This document shows positions 41,201-53,102 of a DNA stretch of 64,000 bases, in pieces (position 1 is the first letter of the stretch; the number at the start of each line of letters is the position of its first letter). Under the pieces are notes generated by a model, which saw nothing but the letters and a program-made list of their open reading frames with translations, did not search any database and was not told where the DNA came from. The stretch comes from Iphione sp. A-MEVVRFRX5 (Eukaryota), in contig OZ320313.1 in NCBI GenBank assembly GCA_976226885.1, positions 144,336,001 to 144,400,000 on the forward strand. Direction: 5' to 3'. The position numbers were made by a program, and so were the translations under genes.

Positions 41201-44200
41201 TCAAACTGAATGTGGTGCGATTGTCAGCTCGGGATCCATTGTTGAGCAAACTTCTTTGTTTGTGACATCAATATCGGAAGAGCCTTCCGGAGAGGTCTAC
41301 TTTTCCCGGATTTGTCCGTCGACGGGAAGAGAGGTGGAGGCGAAAAACCATTGGATCGACGACAACCGGAAGATATTACGACGCGTTACCGGAACCTGGT
41401 CGTCGCTGGCCGCCAGGCGGGGGTGATGGCGATGGGGAGTTGGCAGTTCGGGAGAGAGAGGGGGAGATTAGTTCGTTGTCGCTGGAATATGAAAGATAGA
41501 CAGGAGGACTTTGGAAAACAGGTAGGTTAGTACAAGGAGTGGTATGGTAGACGAAGAATGCCAAGGAAATCTCTCTGTGTACACACATCGATATTCTCAC
41601 TATCTGCACTTAAGAGGCAGTACATATACATTGTACATCTGGCTCGCTCATAATGGCCAGATTGACTAATGTAAGCTATTTACTAGACCAACGCAGATAT
41701 CCAGGTCACATTTGTGTATGTGTGTATGTCTATATATGCATATATATCTTCTTATTTCGCATATTTCATTGATCTCATCTATCGACGTGGTTTCCCTACA
41801 AGGCGGCCACAGGGCCTGCAAGCACAAGGACATATTTGTCCTCCTTTGTGTTGCATGCTTGTATGATGATCGATTTTTGCCTCACTCTCCCGAGCTTCTG
41901 AAAGTTTCATGCTTTTAATGAAGTCGGTAAATAGAAAAAAGCGTGGCCGGCGGCGCCCCGCCTGAGGTGCTGGACAAACGCAGGTGTAACCCGACCTACA
42001 ATCTCCTCCACCTTCCTCACCGGATCCGATCAGGGTCGCCTCTCGTGCAGAGCACGGCTAGGAACGACTTCAATATTGTCTCATGGCATGGTGCGTCACC
42101 TCAGTGATCGCCACTGTGCAAGGGGAAAAAAATCACTATAACTTACACTCTTGAAGTGACACTCTTGAAATTTAAGGATATTTATTTACTGTATTTATTT
42201 ATTGTGTTCATCGTAGTGGTTGCCAGTCCCAAACTATTTTTTCTCAATGCAAAAGTTCACATTAAAGTCAATATCCTGACTTACAAGGATATAAACATCA
42301 ACGTGGTATTTACATATACATGTATTCATGGCCCGGAAAGGATATCATGTTCTATTGGCCCATGTCAGGCCCAGAGACTCCAATGCAGCGTGATTCTATA
42401 ACGTGTTTACCATGTGAATATTCAATGCATCTACACCTACGAATCTTTCGTCTTAAACAACAGTGCGGCCTATGGGAGCTACCTAGACGTAAGAAGCTCG
42501 GGGAAAGCCAAGCTGTTCGCCGGTCGTTTCCAAGCCTGACAAAATCCGTATTACAGCGGACCTTTAAGGTCAGTCTATTATTACGTCATATGCTATTTGA
42601 ACGCGAAAGAGGTCAGGCAGCTTGGACACCGGCGCTCTGACTTCCAAGAGCGGCTCTACCAGCCTCATCGATGACCTAGGGGAGTTATCCTCAGTGCATC
42701 AGCAGACTAAACATGAATCTGTATTCGATTCTGCTTATTATTCGTATTGAGGGCAGCAGCTATAGCCTATTCATTCTCCCATAGTCACGTTTAGATCTCA
42801 AACAGTTATTCCTTACAATATGCACGAACATGTACCTTTAATTCCTTATTTCCTTAGCCTTACTCACCTGCTTATGAATGTCCAACTTACACGAATTATT
42901 AGAAGTCACCTGTATAAAGTTTGGACTGATCCGAACAACACCGAGTGCAAGCAGTGGCTTTTGAATTTCAATATTGAGTTTTGCCTGAGTGACAGTCGCA
43001 CACATCTACCAACAATGACTGAATAACCAGCTGAGACTTGTGACAAGCACTGTAAGACCCTGCCACCCGGACTACCATCATAGACCTTTATACTCGATGG
43101 TAGCCTGAGAGGGGAGGGTCTTAAGACAAGCTATTTCTTGTGCGCCGCCAGAGACTATTTCACGAATAGAGGAAGGTGCACAGTGCCTTCGACGGCACAT
43201 GAGGAGTAAACCCATGGGGCTGGTTTAGCAGAGGTGAGTCTGGTGAGGCAAGGAGGTGACACACAAGTTGTGTGTTAATCCCTCCCTTGGTGGCACTGTG
43301 TGCCTGCTGGATTAACGTGCCGAATATATCTCAGCCCACCCCACACCCACGCCCACTTCAAAGAGCGCTCGCCGCCTTGCTTATTAAATTACCCTCGATC
43401 GCTCGTGTGCAGGTGAGGGACGGGGTACTAAGCCAGAACATGCAGGAGAGGAAGCTGATGGCGGGTGGGGGGGGGGGGGTTCCTCTCTTTCTGTGTGTAA
43501 ACTCCACTGTTGACAAAGTAGACCAACACCCTCCATGACATTTCTAAGAAGATAGTGACCATATTTCCCTGTCTTTGACAGCTAGTTTAAATTTCCCATT
43601 AAGTGTATCGTTCCACGTAAAATAGCGACGTCAGACTTTGCACTGTAAACAATATTGCAGGCGTGTGGATTTAGTTTTGGATTTTCTGTCGCAATATTAA
43701 AGCCACTCTAAGAATGAATATTTTTGAATGAATACATGTATGTGCATTTTTAGATGCGTTTTGATAAGTCGGCTTAAACAAGTTCCTTCTTTTCTTCACT
43801 CTTTAACATACATTCTCTTCGTTTCCATCTCGGAGCCTTGCTCCCGCCAAACAGAAGGAACTTCCAACAAGGCGATATTAGGGCAATACATAACAGATTA
43901 TCCCTTTCTATCGCCCAGGTCAGCGGGCGTCTTGAAACCTTAAGAGGCTTGCTGATCTTTCGGGTCAGTGTTTCTGGGTCATGTGACAGAAGGAGGTGTA
44001 TAGGTTGCTGCTGGCTTTGCAGAGTGATGGACTTTTTCGTCTTCATGACGTCTTTTCTTCCGAAATTCACCCCTGAGCGCCATCCAGTGAAATATCTACG
44101 CTATGGGTACACCTAACCTTTTTGTACATTAAACATCATCGCATCCTACTGAGACTATCTTCGCATGATTAGATAATGGCGCGAATAGCAACCATGTTGT

Positions 44201-47200
44201 GTGGCACCAGCTGCGCAGGGCTTGTGGATCGGATGCGGGGAGGTCAGATCGCCGGGGTCATATTGAGGGGCCACTTCTCGGAGCTAAGGAGGTAATCGGT
44301 TTAGCGGGATTATGCACTGGGAAGTAATGATTGCCGGGGCCCACCAAAGGTCACATGTTTCTCGCATTTGGCTCAATATCTCATCCCTGGCCTGCCGTGA
44401 AATGGGTCCGATTTGTGAGCTCGCATAAACCCAACGCGTCAGTCTGGCCTCAAAGCATCGTTCAACGTCGCTAGGGGTTATCCCATGATGCACGCTACCC
44501 TTTGCCATAGACACACACACACACACACACAACCAACCAACCAACCACTAACACCACTATCACAGACTCTAGTTGTTCATCCAAGCTGAAAACACTCCAC
44601 GGGCATAATCACTGCCTCGTTCATTATACCAGTGTCGCTTTGAACCAGGATGGTAATTGAAATTTGAGAGCCGAGATGATACATCGGTCGACAACGGTTA
44701 GCCTCTATGATAAAGTATATATAGCGAGTCTATATGTACGTATGCACGTACAGCCCTCGCCAGTTATGGGCAGTTGTGTTAGAGATACGCACCCTCCCCC
44801 CAATAGCACTGCAAGTCGCTAGAGTACAGGAAAGAATGGGCGCCATGGAGGAAGATGGACAACCGGCCTGGGATCTGACAGGGTCCGCGAGGGCCTTGCT
44901 CCGGCCTCTTGTTTGGTGGCGGCCGCCTCCGTTATGTCTTCCCTGCGCCGTCGGGAGCAAGGCTATCGTTCTGGCCTAGACACCACACGAAAAACCTAGG
45001 GAAAGGATAGAAGCTGTACTATACACCCATGCTGCTACATAGGAGTGAGCACGCGGTTACAGGGTGCTGGTATACGCATGATGGATAGTAGCACGGCGGC
45101 CTTAACTCCCGCTGGATCCCACTCCCCGGAGCATACAGAGGGCCTTCTGTGGAGCACATAGCCGCCAACAACCGGAGAATCACCGTTAGGGGTTCCTAGC
45201 GTGGCGTACGTCTGCACACTTTAGGAAGAGTAGTGGGTCTCTCTGGGGCGGGCGGCACGATCCCCGGGCAGACAGGGGAGCGATCCAAGATAGTGATAAT
45301 TTAACGTGAGCAGCAGGGTTGGATCTTGGACTACAGTTATGCATGCACAACAGTAAAGTTAAGTATTCTCTGACACCAGCATGAAGTGCTAACCAGCCAT
45401 GGCAGACCTCTCAATCTATTAAATAATCCGAAGAGAACAAAAATACGTTTAGTGTTTCCCCCCAGTGGAATGATGCTGTTGTATATTATACCAGCAATAA
45501 CCATCATATGCACTACTGTAAACTGAGAAAAAGGGGAAAACACAAGCCAGCCAAGTTCGGGGTTGTAAATGCTCACAATGGCGCCGCGCACCAGGACTGT
45601 GCCATAGACCAATTGGTGGCCGTTTTGTACGCTCGTAACAACCCGCATGGAGCTGTCGGGTTTGTACCCTCTCACTCGCCACTTCGCCCAATGAGGTTAT
45701 CTGGAGGGGCGACGGGATCAGGTCGCGTCGGCGGCGGCGGCCCGACCGACGCCAGGCCAACCCGTAGGTCTTCTATGGTTCCCACGTCTCTCTCCCTGCC
45801 TGCTCGCCCTGGCAGTGACTCCCAAGTTGCCCCTTTGCCAAGAGTTAGGTCCCCTCACATTCCCCCTCCATCCCCTAAACCTTTCTGGTACCTCTGGCGA
45901 GCCATATCTCACTCTGTCTTTCTATCCATCTATCCACTAACCCATCTCTATTTATTGCTTTCCTCATATTGTAAAGTGTTTTAACTGTGATCAAATCCCA
46001 CACATTGCGATATGCATTCTACATATACATGTACATGTATATGTAAATAAATTGCGCTTGTTCCTTTACTATACTCACGGACCGGTTCCCAGTATTTATC
46101 CATTTGTGCTAAAAACATCTACATTGGTGCTTGATGACAATAATTGTGCTGGATGGATAGGCCCGTATACATCCGGGTCTCAATTGATCTGTTTTATTTA
46201 TGATCATATCTATTTCATACACGCACAGACCAAGATTTATAGAGATATCATCAATTGTCTCACAGGGCTCAAGGATCTGTCAGTGGGGGAGAAATATTGA
46301 CTAGGCATTTGGCTAGCATTGGCCGATTGGCTAGTCAATTGCCTGTGGGGTTGGCTACCTCGTGGTGGGAGCCCATTGACCTACAAGTGGTGGCACGCGA
46401 GCCTTCGTGGTGAGGGGCTGGGTGTGTGAACGATAGGTCGTAGGAACACCCTGGACGTACTCCTGTGCTGGGTGCTGGCTCAGACAGCCCTCGTTGAACA
46501 GGGGGCGACACCGTGGGTGGGTGGGTGGGTGGGTGGGTGTGGTGATGAGAAGGACGGACACCATTACAGCGGCTAGACGGCCGCCTCTAGTTTAGTATTG
46601 ACCAGCGTCGTACCACACACCCAACACCCCCAACCCCAACCCCACCATCCCCATCGCCTACCTACCCACACAGCATCCCCCCACCCCACCCCCTATTCCC
46701 CCATCACCGACTCCATTGCCAGCAGCCTCTCATCTCTCCCATCGAACCAGTCCCCAACATAACTACAGCTATTATCATTACTAGCATTGGCTCAGTGACC
46801 CATAACCTCATCAGGCGGCTCCCCCACCCCCACCCCACGCACTACTCAACTCACTTTTATCTCATAGGACGACCCATACATATATTATCCACCATTACCA
46901 ATCCTCTCCATCTATAAACGTGCAATATTGGTCTGCCTACCCAACAAAGTACCCAAGGCCACATCAGCCACCATCATACCGCCAGCCAGTCTGCATCCCT
47001 TCATATATATTTCCACGTAAACAGTCGAATTATTGTGAAAACCACCCACTAATGTAACGTTTCCGGTACCCTTCATTTTTCAGCGCGTTTGTTTATATGA
47101 ACGATCTCTTTAAATAGTATGTAGTCATTTCGACAACTTGTCTTCGGAGTTTTTTCCTCTAGGTTGAATGTATATCTTAAAAGTCTAAGTGAGAGATGGG

Positions 47201-50200
47201 TATCTGCATGTGCGTTTTTGCCGGGGGATTGCCTTACTCTCTGCTGATACGTTATCATTGTTACACTGTCATTTCTTTCAGTTGCTGTCCTTCTTTGCAG
47301 TCTCCATTTCACTTGTGTCATCTGAGGGAGACACTTAATTGTCACCTCCCAAGTTTAACGCGCTGAACTGGAAAAAAAGGTTCTTTACAAAAGAGTCACC
47401 AAAAATATAATATTCGCCACCCAAAGTGTAAAGTGTGTAACTCAACCATAACAAATCGTCACTGACATGCTCTATGTAAGGTATCATTATCTTTATTGCC
47501 GTTATGACAGGTGACGATGGGTGGTATATGTTGGATAATAAATACCCGTCGGTTGGGCTGTGTTTATATCTGTTCACCGGTCTGGTCTGACTCTAAGCAG
47601 GTACAAGAGCCTCGAGCCTCTAAAGTATACTGCAAGCTTGCGTAGAATCATTCGAACCAGCTGCGTGAAGTAAAATCTGCCCTCTCCATCATAAATACCC
47701 ATCAGGGGAGCGGCAAGCGTCCCCGTTATCCAACTTGACGATATTTGACCAGAAGAGCTTATTCAAGGAACAGTTATTTATGCAGATTTTATCAAATCTT
47801 GACATAAGTTTCTATAAGGCGACACATATTCAGGGTTGAATTTTAGCGACTTCAGATATCGGTGTAGGTCTCATTGTTTCAGAGCCTTTTGATTTCAAAT
47901 AAGAGTCACCGTCCTGGGCTGCTCTATTTTTAAGCGAATCTGGGACACGAGTAATATGTCTTCACTTCTGTCACCGTCTCTCACAACAGTCGGGTGAATT
48001 ATTACACCTACAACGACAGGTGTCTATATGGTGGGACCTGGGTATGTCGGTGGGGAGGTTGAAAGCTGGGGAGGTCTGTAAGTGGTGCTTATATACCGCC
48101 TCACAACATTGCCATCTCACAATTGGCTGACGAAATATTGAGGACAACAGAAAGTTATAACAGAGTACCTATAAGGTGGCACTCCTCAGAAAGTTGACAC
48201 ACACTTATCCTGGTGTTTTGAAGTTTTGTTTTGTCTCTTGGTGTAAATCGAGGATAGTGGCAACGTGTGATCAACTGCAGATGCTAAATCCAACTGAATA
48301 TAAGCTCAGCATATGTTCGATACGGTCCCAACAGGGCTGTATACTAAACGGCCCCACTTAAGTGGCTGCTGATTGATGCTGGATAGTTGCCGTCAATGAC
48401 TCCGTTCCTACTGTCACAGTGATCAATGTTGGCAGGAGGAAGGGCATGTCACTAGCACATTGCAGCAAAGTCTGCAATGAGGACATGACGCTGACAGAAT
48501 AGCATTGGCTTGTACAACAGAGGGGGAAAAAGTCCTTCATTGAGGTGATCTGAGGCAAGCCATGTAACCTATGCCTCTGTATTTGTGCCATTCCGATTAC
48601 CGAAGACATGCTTAAACTTACCGGCAGAAATGATAATCTATCATGAAAGATTTAGGTCAGAATATTAAGAAGTGCGTCTTGGAGTATCGACAAGCTACTT
48701 CAAATTTTAGTTTCTCCAATGTTTACTGTAAAGCAACTCGAGGAGGCACTTAAATCATTGCTTCAGTTGTGCCGCTTCCTCCGTGAATACGTATTTGTTG
48801 ATATTCATAATAGTGTATTGAAGGACTGCCTTGCTTTACTTATTTAAGGATATACATTTCTCTGGTGACATGGAAGTATAAAGAAATTCTTCCGTTCGAT
48901 TACACACGTTAAAGTCACTCTCCACAGGATACTGATAGCCTATATATGTTGGCACGGGTAGGGGCTGCACTCTCGTAGTTTTACTACGAGACGTTGGAGG
49001 CTATCAGTTTATTCTTGCTGGTGGCAGTGGCCACTGCCTCTAATCAGAGCGTCACTGGTGGCGCTTGTCGAGGCGTTCCTGGCGTCCACGGCCCTGGCAG
49101 ACGCCAACCAATCACTCAATGCTATCGCTATCATCTGCAGCGCCTTGCCGGTGGCCTGTTTCTATGGGAGAGCGCACGTGTGATTGTGGCGCGCCTCGTG
49201 CCCGACGTCTCACACGCCCACCGCGCGGTGGTGCACGCTGCACGCGGCGTGTCGCTGCCAGCGCCCCACCAGCCAGGCGCGCACGCGCGATGCGCGACAC
49301 CGTCGTTGGGGGGAAGTTGCGATAATCTGCGGGCGTTGCTCTTCAGACTCTTCGGCACCGACTCGCTCCTACCCCCCCCCTGTAGAACCCACCTACCCGT
49401 TTCTCCCGGGGGCTCATTCATGGTGATTCCCATTGGGGCCACATGACGTTTTATTTGCGAACGAGCAGCAAGTTTTCATGATGACAGGGCGAATGTGGGG
49501 CAAAAAACGTTCGGAATTGTCCTACCTGATCATCCATACACGACCATTGAAAAAGTCGTCTTACTTGAATGTGGGGCCATTGGTTGGCATGTTGCTTTTG
49601 TACTTATAACTTTCTTGCCGGGGCGTTTAAATGTTATTTATTAACACTGAAGGATGGCCGCCTCTTTTTATGAACCAAAAATGAGTACAACTGCCCTGGA
49701 CTTCCAGACCTCTGCTGACCTACGGATGCATTATAGGTAGGACAATAGATATACACTTACTTTCACACGAGATATCCCAGAACGATGCACACATCCACGT
49801 ATATGTATCTACCCCGAGACTTTTCTGCTGAGCTAATGAGGCTGTATTATGGGTCATAATAATGGTATGTATACTTGGACTTGTGTCCGACCCTTTACAG
49901 AAATCCCTGTGATGTTTCTGTTGGCGCACGCTGTGCTATCATTAACACGCTGGTTGTAAAGACCCCCACGTTTTCCTATCTCCTCTTTGCTCCAACTTCA
50001 ACCCTCTGCCACAGTCCACTCTTCCGCTCCCCTCCTGCGACGATCGAACCCTCATCCTTTGCCCCTCCCTCCTCCGCAAGCCCCCCACCCACCCACTCTC
50101 ACATTGCTCCGGTAACGGCCCACCCAAATCAATACTGGGCCGAATGGTGTTATTGTTGCGTCGCACACTTGCCTCTTAATAAAGGGAATGCTTTGAATAC

Positions 50201-53012
50201 ATTGCGTTAAGTGTCGCAAAGTGAGCTCTAGGGGTAAAAAAAACAAGGGAAGAGGACACTGGAGAAGAAGAGGCTAGAGATGTTGCTGGCAGGTTTCCTG
50301 GGCCTACAGTAGGCGCGTCCTCGTCGATCGTAGGCCTAGTGTCTAGTAGTGACAACCCCCTACTCTGTACTGTATGCCGGCCTCTATTCAATGCTTCAGA
50401 CTACGCTTACTACAGACAGGCGTGTCCCATGTCCCATTCAGTGGTAGACAGCAACCCATGTGCATGTACTTTCAAAAGGCAGGACCCTTGTTCTAGACCT
50501 AGCATTTGCCCATGCCATAGTCATCTTTGAATCTTAGAAGGTATACATAAAAAGCGCGCATGCACTAGTATTTCTGGTTAAAGTCTGGAGGTTACTCCGC
50601 CACAGGTAGCTTACCTTGGAATTTGCTGCTAAGGTAATCTTCCTTACATATGAACTTATTCTCATCGAGCACGTAGAGTTCCTCTCCTGTGGATAGTTGT
50701 TTCCGACACACCATGCACGTGAAACATTTGAGGTGAAATACTTTGTTTCGTGCACGCCGGACGAGATCGTTCGGCGATATCCCCTGTCCACAACCGCCAC
50801 ATTTCGTACCGAATCGTCTGAAAAGAACAAACAAAAAACAACAGTTTGAGTCAAAAGTGTTATAAGACCCACAAAACCGCTCTGTGTTACCTGTATATAT
50901 GTATACATATAAACATAAAGTCGAAATCTCTCATATGACTTTTGTAACTTTGTTATCAAGAGAATCAACTTCATACTGTTTTACGGGATATTCCCTGCTT
51001 AACCGCCCGCCCCTGCAATCTCTCATCAGCCTGTGCCTATGGACTGAATACAATGAGTGACTGAAGCAATCAATGAACAAGCATCAACTCGCATGTTAGG
51101 TGTCCGTAAAATGATAAGACGTGATTCCTCCCTCTCTGCGCTCGTCTGCCTACCGACTGCTGACAACTGATTAATCTAATTTACAAGACAAACAGATCGC
51201 TGGGTGAAATTAGTCATCTTGAATTGTGGACGATGGCGGCATTCCCTTGTGACAACGTGTGCCATGTTCTTGTATATGGCTAAGGAGCTTTTATATCTAC
51301 CAAAAGAAACCAACATTTCCATATGGAATTGACACCACCACTCGAACATATCAAGTCACACGTAGGCAACTTGAGATAAGAATATGATCATGATGGTCAT
51401 GATATCAAGAAACTTATAGTAAATTTCGCACAAATTTTAAGGGGAAGTGATTAATCCTGATAACTTCTGTCGGTTTTTAAATATATGTCTGCATGTGTCT
51501 GCCTCCCCTCTCCGCTGCATGCTCTATCTTTAGTTGTCGCATTACTTCCTCTTTGTTTCTGTCTCTGTCTATCATTCTCCATCTGTCTCGGTCTGTTTTT
51601 CTGTCTCTGTCTCTCTATTACACACAGATATACAACAAATCTCTCACATTTAGTTCTCCTAGGAAGGCATTCATCCGCCTTGCTCCTTTCAGTGCACTTA
51701 AAGAGTGCTCGACCGTTTAAAATCCGCGCTCTGTGCCGCTGAGAAGAGACCCGATATGATAAGTCGTCGGTTGGCACGTTCCTGTCTGTTTATTTCCTAA
51801 TTGATGAGTGCAGGTGTTGTGGCGACTCTGTCTGACCCTGGCAGGCGGGCCGCCGAGGCCCCCGCGGCGGAGCCCGGCCACCCGCTCCCGCCGGGCCCTA
51901 CCGTTGTTCCGGCCCGGCCACCCTCGCCCCGGCCCGCCCTTGGCGCATCGGGGCTACTTAACATCAACCCCCCTGATGACAATATAAGGGTGAAAAGCAG
52001 GGGCAGAATCAAGGATGCCCTTGCAGGGTTAATAATATACACCGACGACAATACCCGCATGATGTCTGCACTTAAGAGCGCGCCCATTGCCCAATAGCCC
52101 CCTCTCCTTCCTCTCGCGGCCGCTGGCCTCAGCTGGGCGGGCGGGGCGGGCGTCATAAAGGCGAACGTGGGGCTCTGCTAATGTCAACCGCGCAGAAGCC
52201 CGTCTGACTCTGTGGACGTTTGAAGAGCGTTAAATGGGTAGGAAGGACAAAGAGAGTCGAAGAGCGAAGACCTTCTCATCCAGAGCATCCTGGAGTCCTA
52301 ACCTACCTTCAGACGGTTGTGAAAACGCTCCCGAAGGACCACTTTTCTACCCAAAGACATTCAAACACAGCAGTTACCCCTCGAGTTGGTATATGGTGCG
52401 ATTTTATTGCCGCAGTGGACGAGCCGATACGTGTGATTCGGCAGTTTTAACCCTAGACCCCACCGTGTAGCCTCTAGGCTCCTGGCACAGTGACAAGACT
52501 GGAAGATATGTTTTCGTCGTATGAAGCTTGATATACATGCACATGTAGTTAACCAGGTACAAATGGCTTCATTCGTGGACATCAATCATTATTTTTCGCC
52601 CATGTGACTAGGCTATCCGTGTTTAATTCAATCCTATCCGTCCCTATCTTTACGTCTTCCTCACCTTGTATCTTCTTCCGAATCTTTGCTCCTCGTGCCA
52701 CATCCTTTAATCTCTACGAATCTTTCTCTGCCTTTCTGGTAAGTCTGTCTCTGTTTGACTATCAGTCCGTCTCCCTCTATTTCACCGCCCTTCCCTCACC
52801 TTTTTTCTCTAAAATATTCCCTATATTCATTCACTGTCAACCCTCCGCTCCCAAACATCAATGTGTGATATTCTCTCCCCTTTGATTACTTTTTCTACCT
52901 CTCCCTTCCTCTTCATTCACATCTATTTTCCCTAGGGTGCACTCTTCCTTTCTATTACTGTTCCCTCCATCTATTCTCTCTCTCCCCCTCTCCATGCACA
53001 TGTATGTGGTGA

Positions 53013-53102
<90 letters not shown>

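Larger units (their letters stand above)
26274..50614 (-). other. Lhx1/5 intron 2 (24,341 nt, includes the assembly gap)
   Basis: Bounded by GT (50614-50613) and AG (26275-26274); phase 1 matches on both sides. Hidden alternative exons cannot be excluded. Confidence 0.9.

Noticed and set aside
42868-42909. Possible 42-nt poison exon (ctttatacag|...CAG|gtgagtaag) in intron 2
   Set aside because: One perfect donor 9-mer is expected by chance in a window this size, the acceptor is weak, and there is no supporting evidence.
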